Below, one piece after another: positions 18,045 through 27,212 of a DNA stretch of 61,044 nt. The number at the start of each line of letters is the position of its first letter. The stretch's first letter is position 1. The notes under the pieces were generated by a model, which worked only from the letters and a program-made list of their open reading frames with translations, did not search any database and was not told where the DNA came from. Source of the DNA: an uncultured Bacilli bacterium (GTDB taxonomy: Bacteria; Bacillota_I; Bacilli_A; RF39; UBA660); assembly GCA_947626695.1 (NCBI GenBank), contig CANQTE010000002.1:1-61044 (forward strand). Reading direction: 5' to 3'. The position numbers were made by a program, and so were the translations under genes.

Positions 18045-19190
18045 ATGAATTTTAGTATTATTAATAAAAATGATGAAGCAGTCTTAGCTTTAGTGCATTA
18101 TTTTATTACAGAAGAAAATTATACTCCTATTATAGTTAAAGGAGTGAAAGATGAAATTTGGCTTGAGAATCTTGAGGGACCATATCGAATTATTAGAATT
18201 AACTCTAATTCTATTTATAATGAAGAACAATATAAAATAGATACTTTTAGAACAAAAAAAATAATTGAACAAATAAAAAAGAAAACTTTATCTTTAAAAG
18301 TTAATGCTTTAAATATTTTAATTAATGTTAATGAAAATGTTAAAAATCATGAAGATGCTAAAAATATAAATTCTTTAATATTATCTGATGTTAATGAAAT
18401 AGTAAATAATAAAGGTATTTTAGATGTTTTTCCGAATATAAAAAGTAAATTAATTAATAAAGAAGGCTTAGATTTAATTGTTAATGTTACTAATGATATA
18501 AATGCTAAAACATATAAAGATAATGTTACCTTTAGTGAGATTTTTCGCCCTAAAAAAAGTATTATTACTCCAATATTGATATTTATATGTATAATCATAT
18601 TTTTATTAATGTATATACTTGGAAATGGTAGTGAAGATACTTTAACTCTTATTATGTTTGGGGCTAATGTTAGAAGTTTAGTATTAAAAGGAGAGATTTG
18701 GCGACTTTTAACTTCGGTTTTTCTTCATATTGGAATTATGCATTTATTAGTTAATATGTATGCTTTATATATTATTGGTAAACAGTTAGAAGGTTTTTTA
18801 GGTAAGTTTAAATATTTACTAGTCTTTTTAGGAAGTGGCATTATAGGTTCTTTATTATCAGTAGTAATACATGATACTGTCTCGGCTGGAGCAAGTGGGG
18901 CTATATTTGGCCTTTTAGGTTCTTTACTTTATTTTGGCTATCATTACCGAGTTTACTTAGGAACTATCATAAGAACTCAAATTATACCTGTAATTGTTTT
19001 AAATTTAGCTATTGGTTTTCTTTTACCTGGTATAGATAATTTTGCTCATATTGGTGGTTTAGTTGGTGGTTATTTAATTACGATGGCTCTTGGAGTTCCT
19101 GGAAAAGCTAAAAAGAGCGAGCAAATAAATGGCTTTATTGTTCTAACTTTATTAGTGGTATTTTTAAGCTATATGCTATTTAGGTATTAA
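18045..19190 (+). CDS. rhomboid-family intramembrane serine protease with an N-terminal cytoplasmic domain
   Basis: WRLLTSVFLHIGIMHLLVNM, catalytic GASGAIFGLLG, and HIGGLVGG. Confidence 0.9.
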   Translation: MNFSIINKNDEAVLALVHYFITEENYTPIIVKGVKDEIWLENLEGPYRIIRINSNSIYNEEQYKIDTFRTKKIIEQIKKKTLSLKVNALNILINVNENVKNHEDAKNINSLILSDVNEIVNNKGILDVFPNIKSKLINKEGLDLIVNVTNDINAKTYKDNVTFSEIFRPKKSIITPILIFICIIIFLLMYILGNGSEDTLTLIMFGANVRSLVLKGEIWRLLTSVFLHIGIMHLLVNMYALYIIGKQLEGFLGKFKYLLVFLGSGIIGSLLSVVIHDTVSAGASGAIFGLLGSLLYFGYHYRVYLGTIIRTQIIPVIVLNLAIGFLLPGIDNFAHIGGLVGGYLITMALGVPGKAKKSEQINGFIVLTLLVVFLSYMLFRY

Positions 19191-19192
19191 AT

Positions 19193-19906
19193 ATGGAAAG
19201 ATTACAAAAGGTTATCGCGGCCTCTGGTTTAATATCAAGACGTAAAGCAGAAGAATTAATTAGTATGGGTAAAGTAAAAGTAAATGGCATTTTAGTAAAA
19301 GAATTAGGTACTAAAGTAGAATACAGTGATATCATAGAAGTAGATGGAAAAGTTATATTTAAAGATGTTCCTAAAGTCTATTATTTATTAAATAAGCCAA
19401 GTGGAGTTATTACATCAACTAAAGATGAAAAGGGTAGAACTACAGTCGTAGATTTAATAGATATTGAAAAAAGAGTATATCCAGTTGGAAGACTTGATTA
19501 TGATACCACAGGTTTACTTATTCTTACTAATGATGGAGAGCTTGCTAACATATTAATGCATCCCAAAAATAACATATCTAAAACATATCTTGCTAAAATT
19601 AAAGGTATATTAAATAAAGACGATATAGAAAGATTAAAAAATGGTATTATAATTGATGGAAGAAAAGTAGATACATCTAACTTTAAACTAAAAGAAAAAA
19701 ATAGAGAAAAAGATATGTCAATAATTGAAATAACTATTCATGAAGGAAGAAATCATATTGTTAAAAATATTTTTTCTTATTTAAATCATCCAGTTCTAAG
19801 ACTTAAAAGAACAAAAATAGCATTTTTAAATTTAGATAATTTACCAGTTGGAAAATATCGTGAGTTAAAGATTAAAGAAGTTAAAAGATTATATAGCTTA
19901 AAATAA
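19193..19906 (+). CDS. rluB: 23S rRNA pseudouridine synthase, RluB/RsuA family
   Basis: S4 domain RLQKVIAASGLISRRKAEELI and catalytic VGRLDYDTTGLLILTNDG. Confidence 0.9.
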   Translation: MERLQKVIAASGLISRRKAEELISMGKVKVNGILVKELGTKVEYSDIIEVDGKVIFKDVPKVYYLLNKPSGVITSTKDEKGRTTVVDLIDIEKRVYPVGRLDYDTTGLLILTNDGELANILMHPKNNISKTYLAKIKGILNKDDIERLKNGIIIDGRKVDTSNFKLKEKNREKDMSIIEITIHEGRNHIVKNIFSYLNHPVLRLKRTKIAFLNLDNLPVGKYRELKIKEVKRLYSLK

Positions 19907-19935
19907 TTTTATTTTTAAAAGAGAGGTTGAGTTAA

Positions 19936-20589
19936 ATGAAAGTAAATAAAGTTTTTTGTTATTCTAAAGAAGTAGCTAATAAAAATGGTAATAAATTTTC
20001 CATTGGAGCATCAATTTTTTATCTATTGTTGATGTCATTAATCATTTCTATTATTTGTGCTTTAACTGGAGATTATGATCAAGGATATATCTTAATGGCA
20101 GTGATAACTATTGGACTTATAACCGCGGTATTTAGTTCTATATATTATGTAATAGTAAAAATAGGCCCAACAGCATCAGGATATGCGATAACAGAAGATA
20201 ATCGTATATTTAAATTAACCATTTTTAATAGTAAAGTGGGATTTCATTATCCTACAATGATGTCTAGTAATAATTTAGCAAGCAAAGGAATAGGCACAGC
20301 AGGAGGTTTAGTTGTTATGTCAAATGAAATTAAAAGAACACAAGAACTTATGACAAATGAGGAATTTATTGCTAAAACAATAGAAGAAAATAGAAATGTT
20401 ACAAATGCAAATATAAGAGAAATATTAAAAGTATATTCTATAAATGAAAAAAAACGTTTTATAAACATTACTTGTGATTATAGATTAAAAAGAAATAATA
20501 AAATATATTATAAAAAAAATTTAAAATTAGATAAATCATATAATGAATTAAATGATTTAGTAAGTGCACTTAAAACTCATATTAATTAA
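19936..20589 (+). CDS. hypothetical membrane protein (two TM helices plus a soluble C-terminal part)
   Basis: Hydrophobic segments ASIFYLLLMSLIISIICAL and ILMAVITIGLITAVFSSIYYVIV. No recognisable domain. Confidence 0.5.
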   Translation: MKVNKVFCYSKEVANKNGNKFSIGASIFYLLLMSLIISIICALTGDYDQGYILMAVITIGLITAVFSSIYYVIVKIGPTASGYAITEDNRIFKLTIFNSKVGFHYPTMMSSNNLASKGIGTAGGLVVMSNEIKRTQELMTNEEFIAKTIEENRNVTNANIREILKVYSINEKKRFINITCDYRLKRNNKIYYKKNLKLDKSYNELNDLVSALKTHIN

Positions 20590-20631
20590 TATGTTTTTTA
20601 ATTTATCTAAAATATAGATTTAATCTAGTAA

Positions 20632-20668
20632 TTTAAACTAAAGTTTGTTATAATAGCATTAGTTTAAA
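20632..20668 (+). promoter_or_regulatory. promoter of the envelope operon: extended -10 (TGTTATAAT, -10 at 20649-20654) bracketed by the perfect 10-bp inverted repeat TTTAAACTAA/TTAGTTTAAA
   Basis: The repeat arms at 20632-20641 and 20659-20668 are exact reverse complements. The RBS GGAGG follows at 20677. Confidence 0.5.
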
Positions 20669-20686
20669 TATATTTTGGAGGAGTTT

Positions 20687-21163
20687 ATGAAGAACTTAAA
20701 ATATATATTATTTATATTTATTATAGGGTTTATTTCTTTAAATGTTGTTAATGCTAAAGAAGTAAATTATAATTCATATGAAGTTATAAATGTAGATAAT
20801 AACAGGGGAAGTGGCTTTACAAAAAATGATAATATAGATTTTTGTACAAAAGATAATGTCAAAGGGGTATTTAGAGCTATAGGGTGGTTAATAGTAATTA
20901 TAAAGATTATAGTACCTTTAGTAATTATTGCATTTGGAGTTATAGAATTTGCTAAAGCTATGGTATCTAGTAAAGAAGAAGAAATAAAAAAAGCTGGTAA
21001 AAATCTTGTTATAAGTTCAATTTTAGGAATATTTGTCTTTTTTATACCCGCTATAATAAGCTTTGTTACAGGCTTAGTTGGGGGAGAAGATATTTATAAT
21101 GAATCTTTTGGAGTGTGTACTAACTGTATGCTAAATCCAGGTAGTTGTGAAATAGGGAAGTGA
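20687..21163 (+). CDS. secreted or membrane protein with a VirB2/TrbC-like topology (signal peptide, two-helix hairpin, Cys-rich tail)
   Basis: Signal peptide MKNLKYILFIFIIGFISLNVVNA. The hairpin is WLIVIIKIIVPLVIIAFGVIEFAKAMVSSKEEEIKKAGKNLVISSILGIFVFFIPAIISF. GGAGG precedes ATG 20687. Confidence 0.5.
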   Translation: MKNLKYILFIFIIGFISLNVVNAKEVNYNSYEVINVDNNRGSGFTKNDNIDFCTKDNVKGVFRAIGWLIVIIKIIVPLVIIAFGVIEFAKAMVSSKEEEIKKAGKNLVISSILGIFVFFIPAIISFVTGLVGGEDIYNESFGVCTNCMLNPGSCEIGK

Positions 21164-21167
21164 TGAT

Positions 21168-22328
21168 ATGCAAAAGAAAATGTTATTAATTATGCTTTTA
21201 ACTTTTATTTTATGTCCAAGATTAGTATTAGCATCTGGTACTATTAAATTTACAAATGGTAAAGAAAGTATTAAAAGTGCAGTATGTAATTATAAAGTGA
21301 CAAATAATTCATATTTTAAAAATATGCCTCTTCCATCATCTTATGTAAAGATTAATTTTGCAAATGAAAAACTTGTAGGAGCGGAATCGGAACAAACATA
21401 TACTTATTTAGGCTCAGATGTTACTTATAATACATTCTTTAGTGGTGAAAAATTTGAGTGTCCAAATAAATTATCATTTAGAAAAGAATTAAATTCAGTT
21501 CAAGGCCATTATGTTCATCAACCTAAAAATGATGATGATATGGATGGAAATGATTTTCACTTAGTATTTGATAAAAATGGCTCTACTGTTACATATAATT
21601 ACACTCAAGGAAAAGATGATACTCCTAAAGTTACAGTTAAATCAGAGTGTGCTCTTACTAGAACTATATCAGATGGCCAAGCAACTAAATATCAAAAATT
21701 ATCTCCAAGTGAGCTAACATATACAACTTATAGTGATAATACAACTGCTTTTGTAGGAGGAGATGGAACTAAATATAAAATTAGTTCTGGAAGTATTAGT
21801 GATTGTTCAACATCAAATCTTATCTCTTTACATATGAATATAAAAGATAACAAAATAAGTGATTATACTATATCTAATTGTAATCCTAATACTGAACAAT
21901 ATTGTGTTGGTTATCGACTTAGTAAATATGTAAATGCTAACCCTAATATGAACGATGATGGTACAGTTAATAACTCTGGTGGAAGTACAACTCCAACAGA
22001 ATCAACAGATTCAACGATTGATTTTGATATTACCGACGAAAATAATTGTGAAAGTTATTTAGGAAAAATAACTGATAAAAACGCTCCTGCTTATTATTTA
22101 CATATAGTTTTTAATGTAATGAAATATATTGCTATATTATTACTAGGTGGTTTAACAGTTGCAGATATATTTAAAGCAATAACATCGCAAAAAGATGAAG
22201 GAGTAAAAAAAATAGTACCCCTTCTAGTTAAAAGATTAATTATTGTAGTAATTATATTCTTTATACCTGATTTAGTAGAATTTATGTTTGAGTTATTTGG
22301 AATAATTACTAGCACAAATTGTGTATAG
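21168..22328 (+). CDS. secreted Cys-rich protein ending in the same two-helix membrane hairpin
   Basis: Signal peptide LLIMLLTFILCPRLVLASG and a ~290-aa ectodomain with multiple Cys. The C-terminus VMKYIAILLLGGLTVADIFKAITSQKDEGVKKIVPLLVKRLIIVVIIFFIPDLVEF aligns without gaps to the upstream protein. Confidence 0.5.
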   Translation: MQKKMLLIMLLTFILCPRLVLASGTIKFTNGKESIKSAVCNYKVTNNSYFKNMPLPSSYVKINFANEKLVGAESEQTYTYLGSDVTYNTFFSGEKFECPNKLSFRKELNSVQGHYVHQPKNDDDMDGNDFHLVFDKNGSTVTYNYTQGKDDTPKVTVKSECALTRTISDGQATKYQKLSPSELTYTTYSDNTTAFVGGDGTKYKISSGSISDCSTSNLISLHMNIKDNKISDYTISNCNPNTEQYCVGYRLSKYVNANPNMNDDGTVNNSGGSTTPTESTDSTIDFDITDENNCESYLGKITDKNAPAYYLHIVFNVMKYIAILLLGGLTVADIFKAITSQKDEGVKKIVPLLVKRLIIVVIIFFIPDLVEFMFELFGIITSTNCV

Positions 22329-22351
22329 ATTGAGAAAGGAGGAATATAGAT

Positions 22352-24778
22352 ATGGATGTTATAAAATCAATTCAAGAGGCTATCTTTGGCTTTCTTCTAT
22401 CATTAGATGGAATTGTATATAGCCTTATCACCTGGGTATATCAAATTATCATGATACTTGCCGAGAGTTCTTCTAAATTGTTTAGTAATACAGACTTATT
22501 AGATAATTTTATGAATAGACTTTATGTTATTATTGGAGTAGTCATGATGTTTTTCTTAGCATACTCACTTTTAAGGTCAATGGTAAACCCAGACGAATTA
22601 ACTAAAGGGAAAAAATCTCCAGTAAAAATTATTAAAGATGTTATCATATCTATTGCCCTGATAGCATTTGTTCCAACTATTTTTGAATACGCTTATAATT
22701 TTCAAAGTGCTGTTTTAAGTCAAAATACTATTGGAAAAATAATATTAGGTAATAATGCTGGGACAAGTGATGGAAGTGTAACATCAACATCAAGCATAAT
22801 TGACCAAGGTGGAAATACTTTTGCCTCGGCTTTATTAGGTGGTTTTATTCATCCTAAAATTGGTGAAGGTGCCTGTGGCTATGAAAATGGAGAATATAAA
22901 TGTAATAATTCAATAAAAGTAGATGGAGTGGAATTTAATGAATTTTGGAAAAATTTAGAAACAACTGGTGATTTTGGAAGTATATCATCTCTTAATACTT
23001 TAGTTGTTGATGGAAAAATAGACTATATGTGGCTAATAAGTACAATTGCAGGAGTACTTACTTTATTAATATTAGTTGGTTATTGTTTTGATACAGCTCT
23101 TAGGATGGTAAAACTGGCAGTTTTTCAGTTAATAGCACCTATTCCTATATTATGTCGTGTAGCACCAGGTGAACAAGGAGGAAAAGTTTTTTCTAATTGG
23201 GTTAAAGGAACACTTTCCACTTATTTGGAAGTCTTTATTAGGATGGCTATATTATTCTTTGCGGTGTTTATTATCACAGTAGTTATTTCAAATTTAGGTT
23301 CGATATTTGTAAGTGGAGCAGATACTGTAACAGAAGACCCAACCAAAATACTCCTTTTCTTAATAGCCAAAGTACTTATGATTTTAGGAATAATTTTATT
23401 TGTTAAACAAGCTCCTCAAATTATTAAAGAAATAACTGGACTTGATGGAGGCAAGTACAGTCCACTTAAGTCTGCTAAACAAGCATTTAGTTTCTTTGGC
23501 GGAGGTATTGCAGGTGCCATGGCTGGCGGTGGAGTATTAGGAGCATTAAGAGGAAGCTACAATGCTTATAATGAAGCTGGAGAAGCAAAAAAACTAACTG
23601 ATTTCCATTCAATAGGAAATCAATATAAAAGAAGTCAGGCGGCAAGAGAAGCAAGAGAAATACAAGAAGATAATGGACTTAGAGGTATAAGAAGAGTTGC
23701 AACTAATGTAGATAACAGTATGCGCAGAACATTTGGGTTTGCCACTTTAAAAGAACGAGCAGATAGAAGACTAGAAAATTTTCAAGATTTAAATGGAAAT
23801 TATTTTACAGTTACTAATGATACTGGAGCAGCTATTATGGCTGAAAACGGACGTGACGTGGTGCTTGGTGCTGGAGATACTATGACACTTACTCCAGAAG
23901 CTAGAGCAAACTTGGAACGACTTAAAGCAAGTCGTGAAAGAGCAAAAGCACAGATTTCAGAACAAGCACGACAAGCAGAAGATGCAACAAAAGTAAATCA
24001 AGCGGCAATTCAGGCGGTTAAAGATATAGAAGCATTAGCAGAATCAGAAATAGAAACTAAAAATAAGGTAAATTTGGTTACTAGAGATGAAAGTAGTGGC
24101 CTTTATCATTTTTTAGAATTAACTGCTCAGAAAAAAGTTAGAAATGCAGATGGAACAGAAGGTAATGTAACAGTTACTTTTGGAGGCGACGGAAAAACAT
24201 TGCAACAATATAGAGATTGGCTTGAAGCAATGAAGTCAGACTTAGCCCCTGAAGCATATGAAGATTTAAAAACTCAAGTTGATAGAGCACAACGAGAAGA
24301 TACTAAAAGATTTTTTATTGATAACAATGGGCGCGGTCAAGTTATTAAAAGTGATGGAAGTACTGTAACCTATGGCGAAGAAAATGAAGAATTGAAACAT
24401 AAAAAGCAAATGTTAATGACGGAATATGACCGTAGTAAATTAAAACATGTTACAAGAAATGCGGACGGCAGTGTTGCTACTACTGATGCAACTGCTACTT
24501 CATTAACCGGAAAAAATTCTGATGCCCTTACTATAGCTGATTTAAAAGCATATAAAAAAGCGGCCGAGACTGAAAATTTCACAGCCGATACAGTAAAAGG
24601 TCAAATACAAGCAGAAGTTGCTACTCAAGATATACAAATCAAGGGAATTAATAGGGTTATTGAACAACAACCTAAAGAACAAGTTGCACAACATAAGGCT
24701 AGTACTGAATATAGGCAAGTTGAGGCAGCAGATAGAGCACACAATATAAATAAACAGGGTGGCAATGGAGGACATTAA
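22352..24778 (+). CDS. polytopic membrane protein (VirB6/TrbL-like architecture) with a ~400-aa charged coiled-coil tail
   Basis: At least six hydrophobic helices in residues 1-400, with a ~110-aa loop. The C-terminal half is rich in A/E/K/R/Q. Confidence 0.45.
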   Translation: MDVIKSIQEAIFGFLLSLDGIVYSLITWVYQIIMILAESSSKLFSNTDLLDNFMNRLYVIIGVVMMFFLAYSLLRSMVNPDELTKGKKSPVKIIKDVIISIALIAFVPTIFEYAYNFQSAVLSQNTIGKIILGNNAGTSDGSVTSTSSIIDQGGNTFASALLGGFIHPKIGEGACGYENGEYKCNNSIKVDGVEFNEFWKNLETTGDFGSISSLNTLVVDGKIDYMWLISTIAGVLTLLILVGYCFDTALRMVKLAVFQLIAPIPILCRVAPGEQGGKVFSNWVKGTLSTYLEVFIRMAILFFAVFIITVVISNLGSIFVSGADTVTEDPTKILLFLIAKVLMILGIILFVKQAPQIIKEITGLDGGKYSPLKSAKQAFSFFGGGIAGAMAGGGVLGALRGSYNAYNEAGEAKKLTDFHSIGNQYKRSQAAREAREIQEDNGLRGIRRVATNVDNSMRRTFGFATLKERADRRLENFQDLNGNYFTVTNDTGAAIMAENGRDVVLGAGDTMTLTPEARANLERLKASRERAKAQISEQARQAEDATKVNQAAIQAVKDIEALAESEIETKNKVNLVTRDESSGLYHFLELTAQKKVRNADGTEGNVTVTFGGDGKTLQQYRDWLEAMKSDLAPEAYEDLKTQVDRAQREDTKRFFIDNNGRGQVIKSDGSTVTYGEENEELKHKKQMLMTEYDRSKLKHVTRNADGSVATTDATATSLTGKNSDALTIADLKAYKKAAETENFTADTVKGQIQAEVATQDIQIKGINRVIEQQPKEQVAQHKASTEYRQVEAADRAHNINKQGGNGGH

Positions 24779-24803
24779 TAATTTAATATTTTAGGAGGTT
24801 TTT

Positions 24804-25637
24804 ATGTTTAAATTATATAAAGGTAAAATTAGTGATATAATAAAAGATGAAATTGCTCAAGCTTTTGGTTTTGGAACTAAAAAAGAAAGAATAGACCATA
24901 ATTTAGGCCAATATAGAATTAATGAAGTTAATAATATAAATTATATTATAGCTCAACGAAATATTCTAATTTCTAAGTTAAATACTCAATTAGCTAATTA
25001 TGATAGAATATTAAACCCACTTAAAGAATTTGAAACTCTTTATAAAAAAATAGAAGAATTATCCGAACAAGAAATAATTAAAAATGGCTCTGCTGTTTCA
25101 TTTACTTTAAAAAGAAAAAATGGAAGTATTTATGCAAATGGAAATTATGCCACTTTAAGAGATGCAATAAAATTGGAAAAAAATGCAGATGAAGCAATAT
25201 TTCTTTATGACAGTTTAGAAAAAATGAGAAATAAAGCAAAAACACTCCTAATTGAAAAAATAATTAATAATAATGGAACAATTTATTCTCGCTTAGGAGA
25301 AATATATATTCCTGAAATTTGTACAAATTTTCAAAGATTAAAACAGCTAGTTTCCTTAGGACTTATTTGTAATTCTAGTGGAAATCCATATATATTTAGC
25401 ATAAATAATTTTAATGATGCTACTCTATTAAGAGATAGTATAAGAAAAGATATGAATTCATTAGAATATAATAGAAATGCTATTTATTACAATTTAAATT
25501 CACTAAAAAGTGCTTCTGCTTCTGATGAAAGCACATTAAATTTAATAGAAAAGTCTAAAGAATTAATAAGAAAATCTCCAGAATATATCGCAGCATCTTT
25601 AAGTGACGAATATTTAAAAGGAAAGAAGAACAGATGA
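24804..25637 (+). CDS. soluble protein paralogous to the tail of the preceding membrane protein
   Basis: AQAFGFGTKKERIDHNLGQY matches RRTFGFATLKERADRRLENF. IEELSEQEI matches IEALAESEI. IINNNGTIYS matches FIDNNGRGQVIKS. Confidence 0.5.
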   Translation: MFKLYKGKISDIIKDEIAQAFGFGTKKERIDHNLGQYRINEVNNINYIIAQRNILISKLNTQLANYDRILNPLKEFETLYKKIEELSEQEIIKNGSAVSFTLKRKNGSIYANGNYATLRDAIKLEKNADEAIFLYDSLEKMRNKAKTLLIEKIINNNGTIYSRLGEIYIPEICTNFQRLKQLVSLGLICNSSGNPYIFSINNFNDATLLRDSIRKDMNSLEYNRNAIYYNLNSLKSASASDESTLNLIEKSKELIRKSPEYIAASLSDEYLKGKKNR

Positions 25638-25671
25638 TTAAGGCATCTTTTTTCTTTATGGTGGTGATTTT

Positions 25672-27036
25672 ATGTACAATAATATTTTAATTGAATCTTT
25701 AGATTCTTTTGGTAGAGGTATAGCTCATATAAATGGAAAAGTAATTTTTGTTAAAAATGCTTTACCTGAAGAAATAGTAGATATAAAAATTTTAATAAAT
25801 AAAAAAAGATATAGTGAAGCTATAGTATTAAAATATATTAAATTAAGTCCTAAAAGAGTTAAAAGTATATGCCCATATTTTAATAAATGTGGAGGGTGTC
25901 ATTTATTATATTATAATTATTTAGATAGTATAGATTTTAAATATAATAAAGTTAAAGATTTATTTATTAAAAATAAAATTAATGTTAAAAATATAGATGT
26001 TGTTGCTAATACTAATTATTTAGAATATCGCAATAAAATAAGTTTAAAGATAATAAATAAAAAAATAGGTTTTTATAAAGATAGTACTCATGAATTAGTA
26101 GAAATAGATAAATGTTTAATAGCAAATTCTTCTATTAATAAAGTAATTAAGTGTTATAAATTATTAAATATTAATAATGGTGAGTTAATAATTAGAGTAA
26201 ATAGTAATAATGAAATATTATTAATTATTAAAAGTAGTAATAATAATTATAATATAGAAATAGAAAAATTAAAAAAAGAAATTAAATTAGTAGGTATAGT
26301 ATATAATAATAAAGTTATTTATGGAAATGATTTTTATTATGAAAGAATTAATAATAAACTATTCAAAATAAGTTATGATTCTTTCTTTCAAGTTAACCCT
26401 TATATTACTAGTAAATTATTTAATTTAGTAAGCGATAATATAGACCAAGATAGTACTGTTTTAGATTTATATAGTGGTGTAGGTACTTTAGGTATTATAG
26501 CAAGTACTAAAGCTAAATATGTTTATAGTGTTGAAATAGTAAAAAATGCTGTTTTAAATGGTAATAAAAATGCTTTATTAAATAAAGTAAATAATATTAA
26601 GTTCTTTTTAGGAGACGTATCTAAAATAGTAAATAAATTAAATGTAGAGTTTAATACACTTATAATAGACCCTCCAAGATGTGGTTTAGATAAAGAAACT
26701 ATTAAATTTATTAAAGATAAGTTGTGTTAAACATAATTACTGATAAAGAAATATTAGACATAAATTTGCTATTATATGAAATCTCAATTGTGTTTAATTT
26801 TGTTGAAATAACCTGTTTTTATCATCTATCAGTCATAAAGTAAAACAGAACCTAAAGATAAAAAATTTCAAAAAATTATTTATATTTCCTGTGATATTTT
26901 TACCCTTATTAGAGATTTAAAATTATTAGATAATTATAGTATAAAAGAGTATAAAATTCTCGATATGTTCAGCTTCACGTATCATTTAGAATCTTTTTGT
27001 GTACTAAATTTAAATAAAGATTTAAAAGAAAAATAA
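25672..27036 (+). pseudogene. 23S rRNA (uracil-5-)-methyltransferase, RumA/RlmD family, interrupted in frame by a 133-nt insertion
   Basis: TRAM N-terminus, Fe-S Cys cluster CPYFNKCGGCHLLY, SAM motif VLDLYSGVGTLG, and DPPRCGL. The C-terminal KIIYISCDIFTLIRDL...DMFSFTYHLESFCVL resumes at 26854 in the same frame after several stop codons. Confidence 0.8.
26721..26853. mobile_element. MITE-like 133-nt insertion with the 8-bp target-site duplication AAAGATAA
   Basis: AAAGATAA occurs at 26713-26720 and 26854-26861 in the same codon phase. The imperfect terminal inverted repeat is GTTGTGTTAAAC against GTTCTGTTTTAC (reverse complement of the end), matching 9 of 12. There is no ORF inside. Confidence 0.55.
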
Positions 27037-27040
27037 TGAA

Positions 27041-27100
27041 AATCCAAGTGTTGGAATTATATTATGTACCAACAAAACTAAAAAGTAGTAGAAATGTAAT
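27041..27100 (+). pseudogene. remnant of a YhcG/DUF1016-type PDDEXK nuclease gene
   Basis: NPSVGIILCTNKTKK, then after a 1-nt frameshift VVEM, resembles the conserved ...GIILC..KN..VVEYAL C-terminal block. Only a fragment remains. Confidence 0.35.
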
Positions 27101-27212
27101 GAGTAAATTAAAAGAAATATCTATTATGGTAGAAGAAAATAGAAAATTATCTAACCAATAATGAGGTAATTAAAATAAAACAAATATTTGTCAAGGGATT
27201 TATAGTGAAAAT

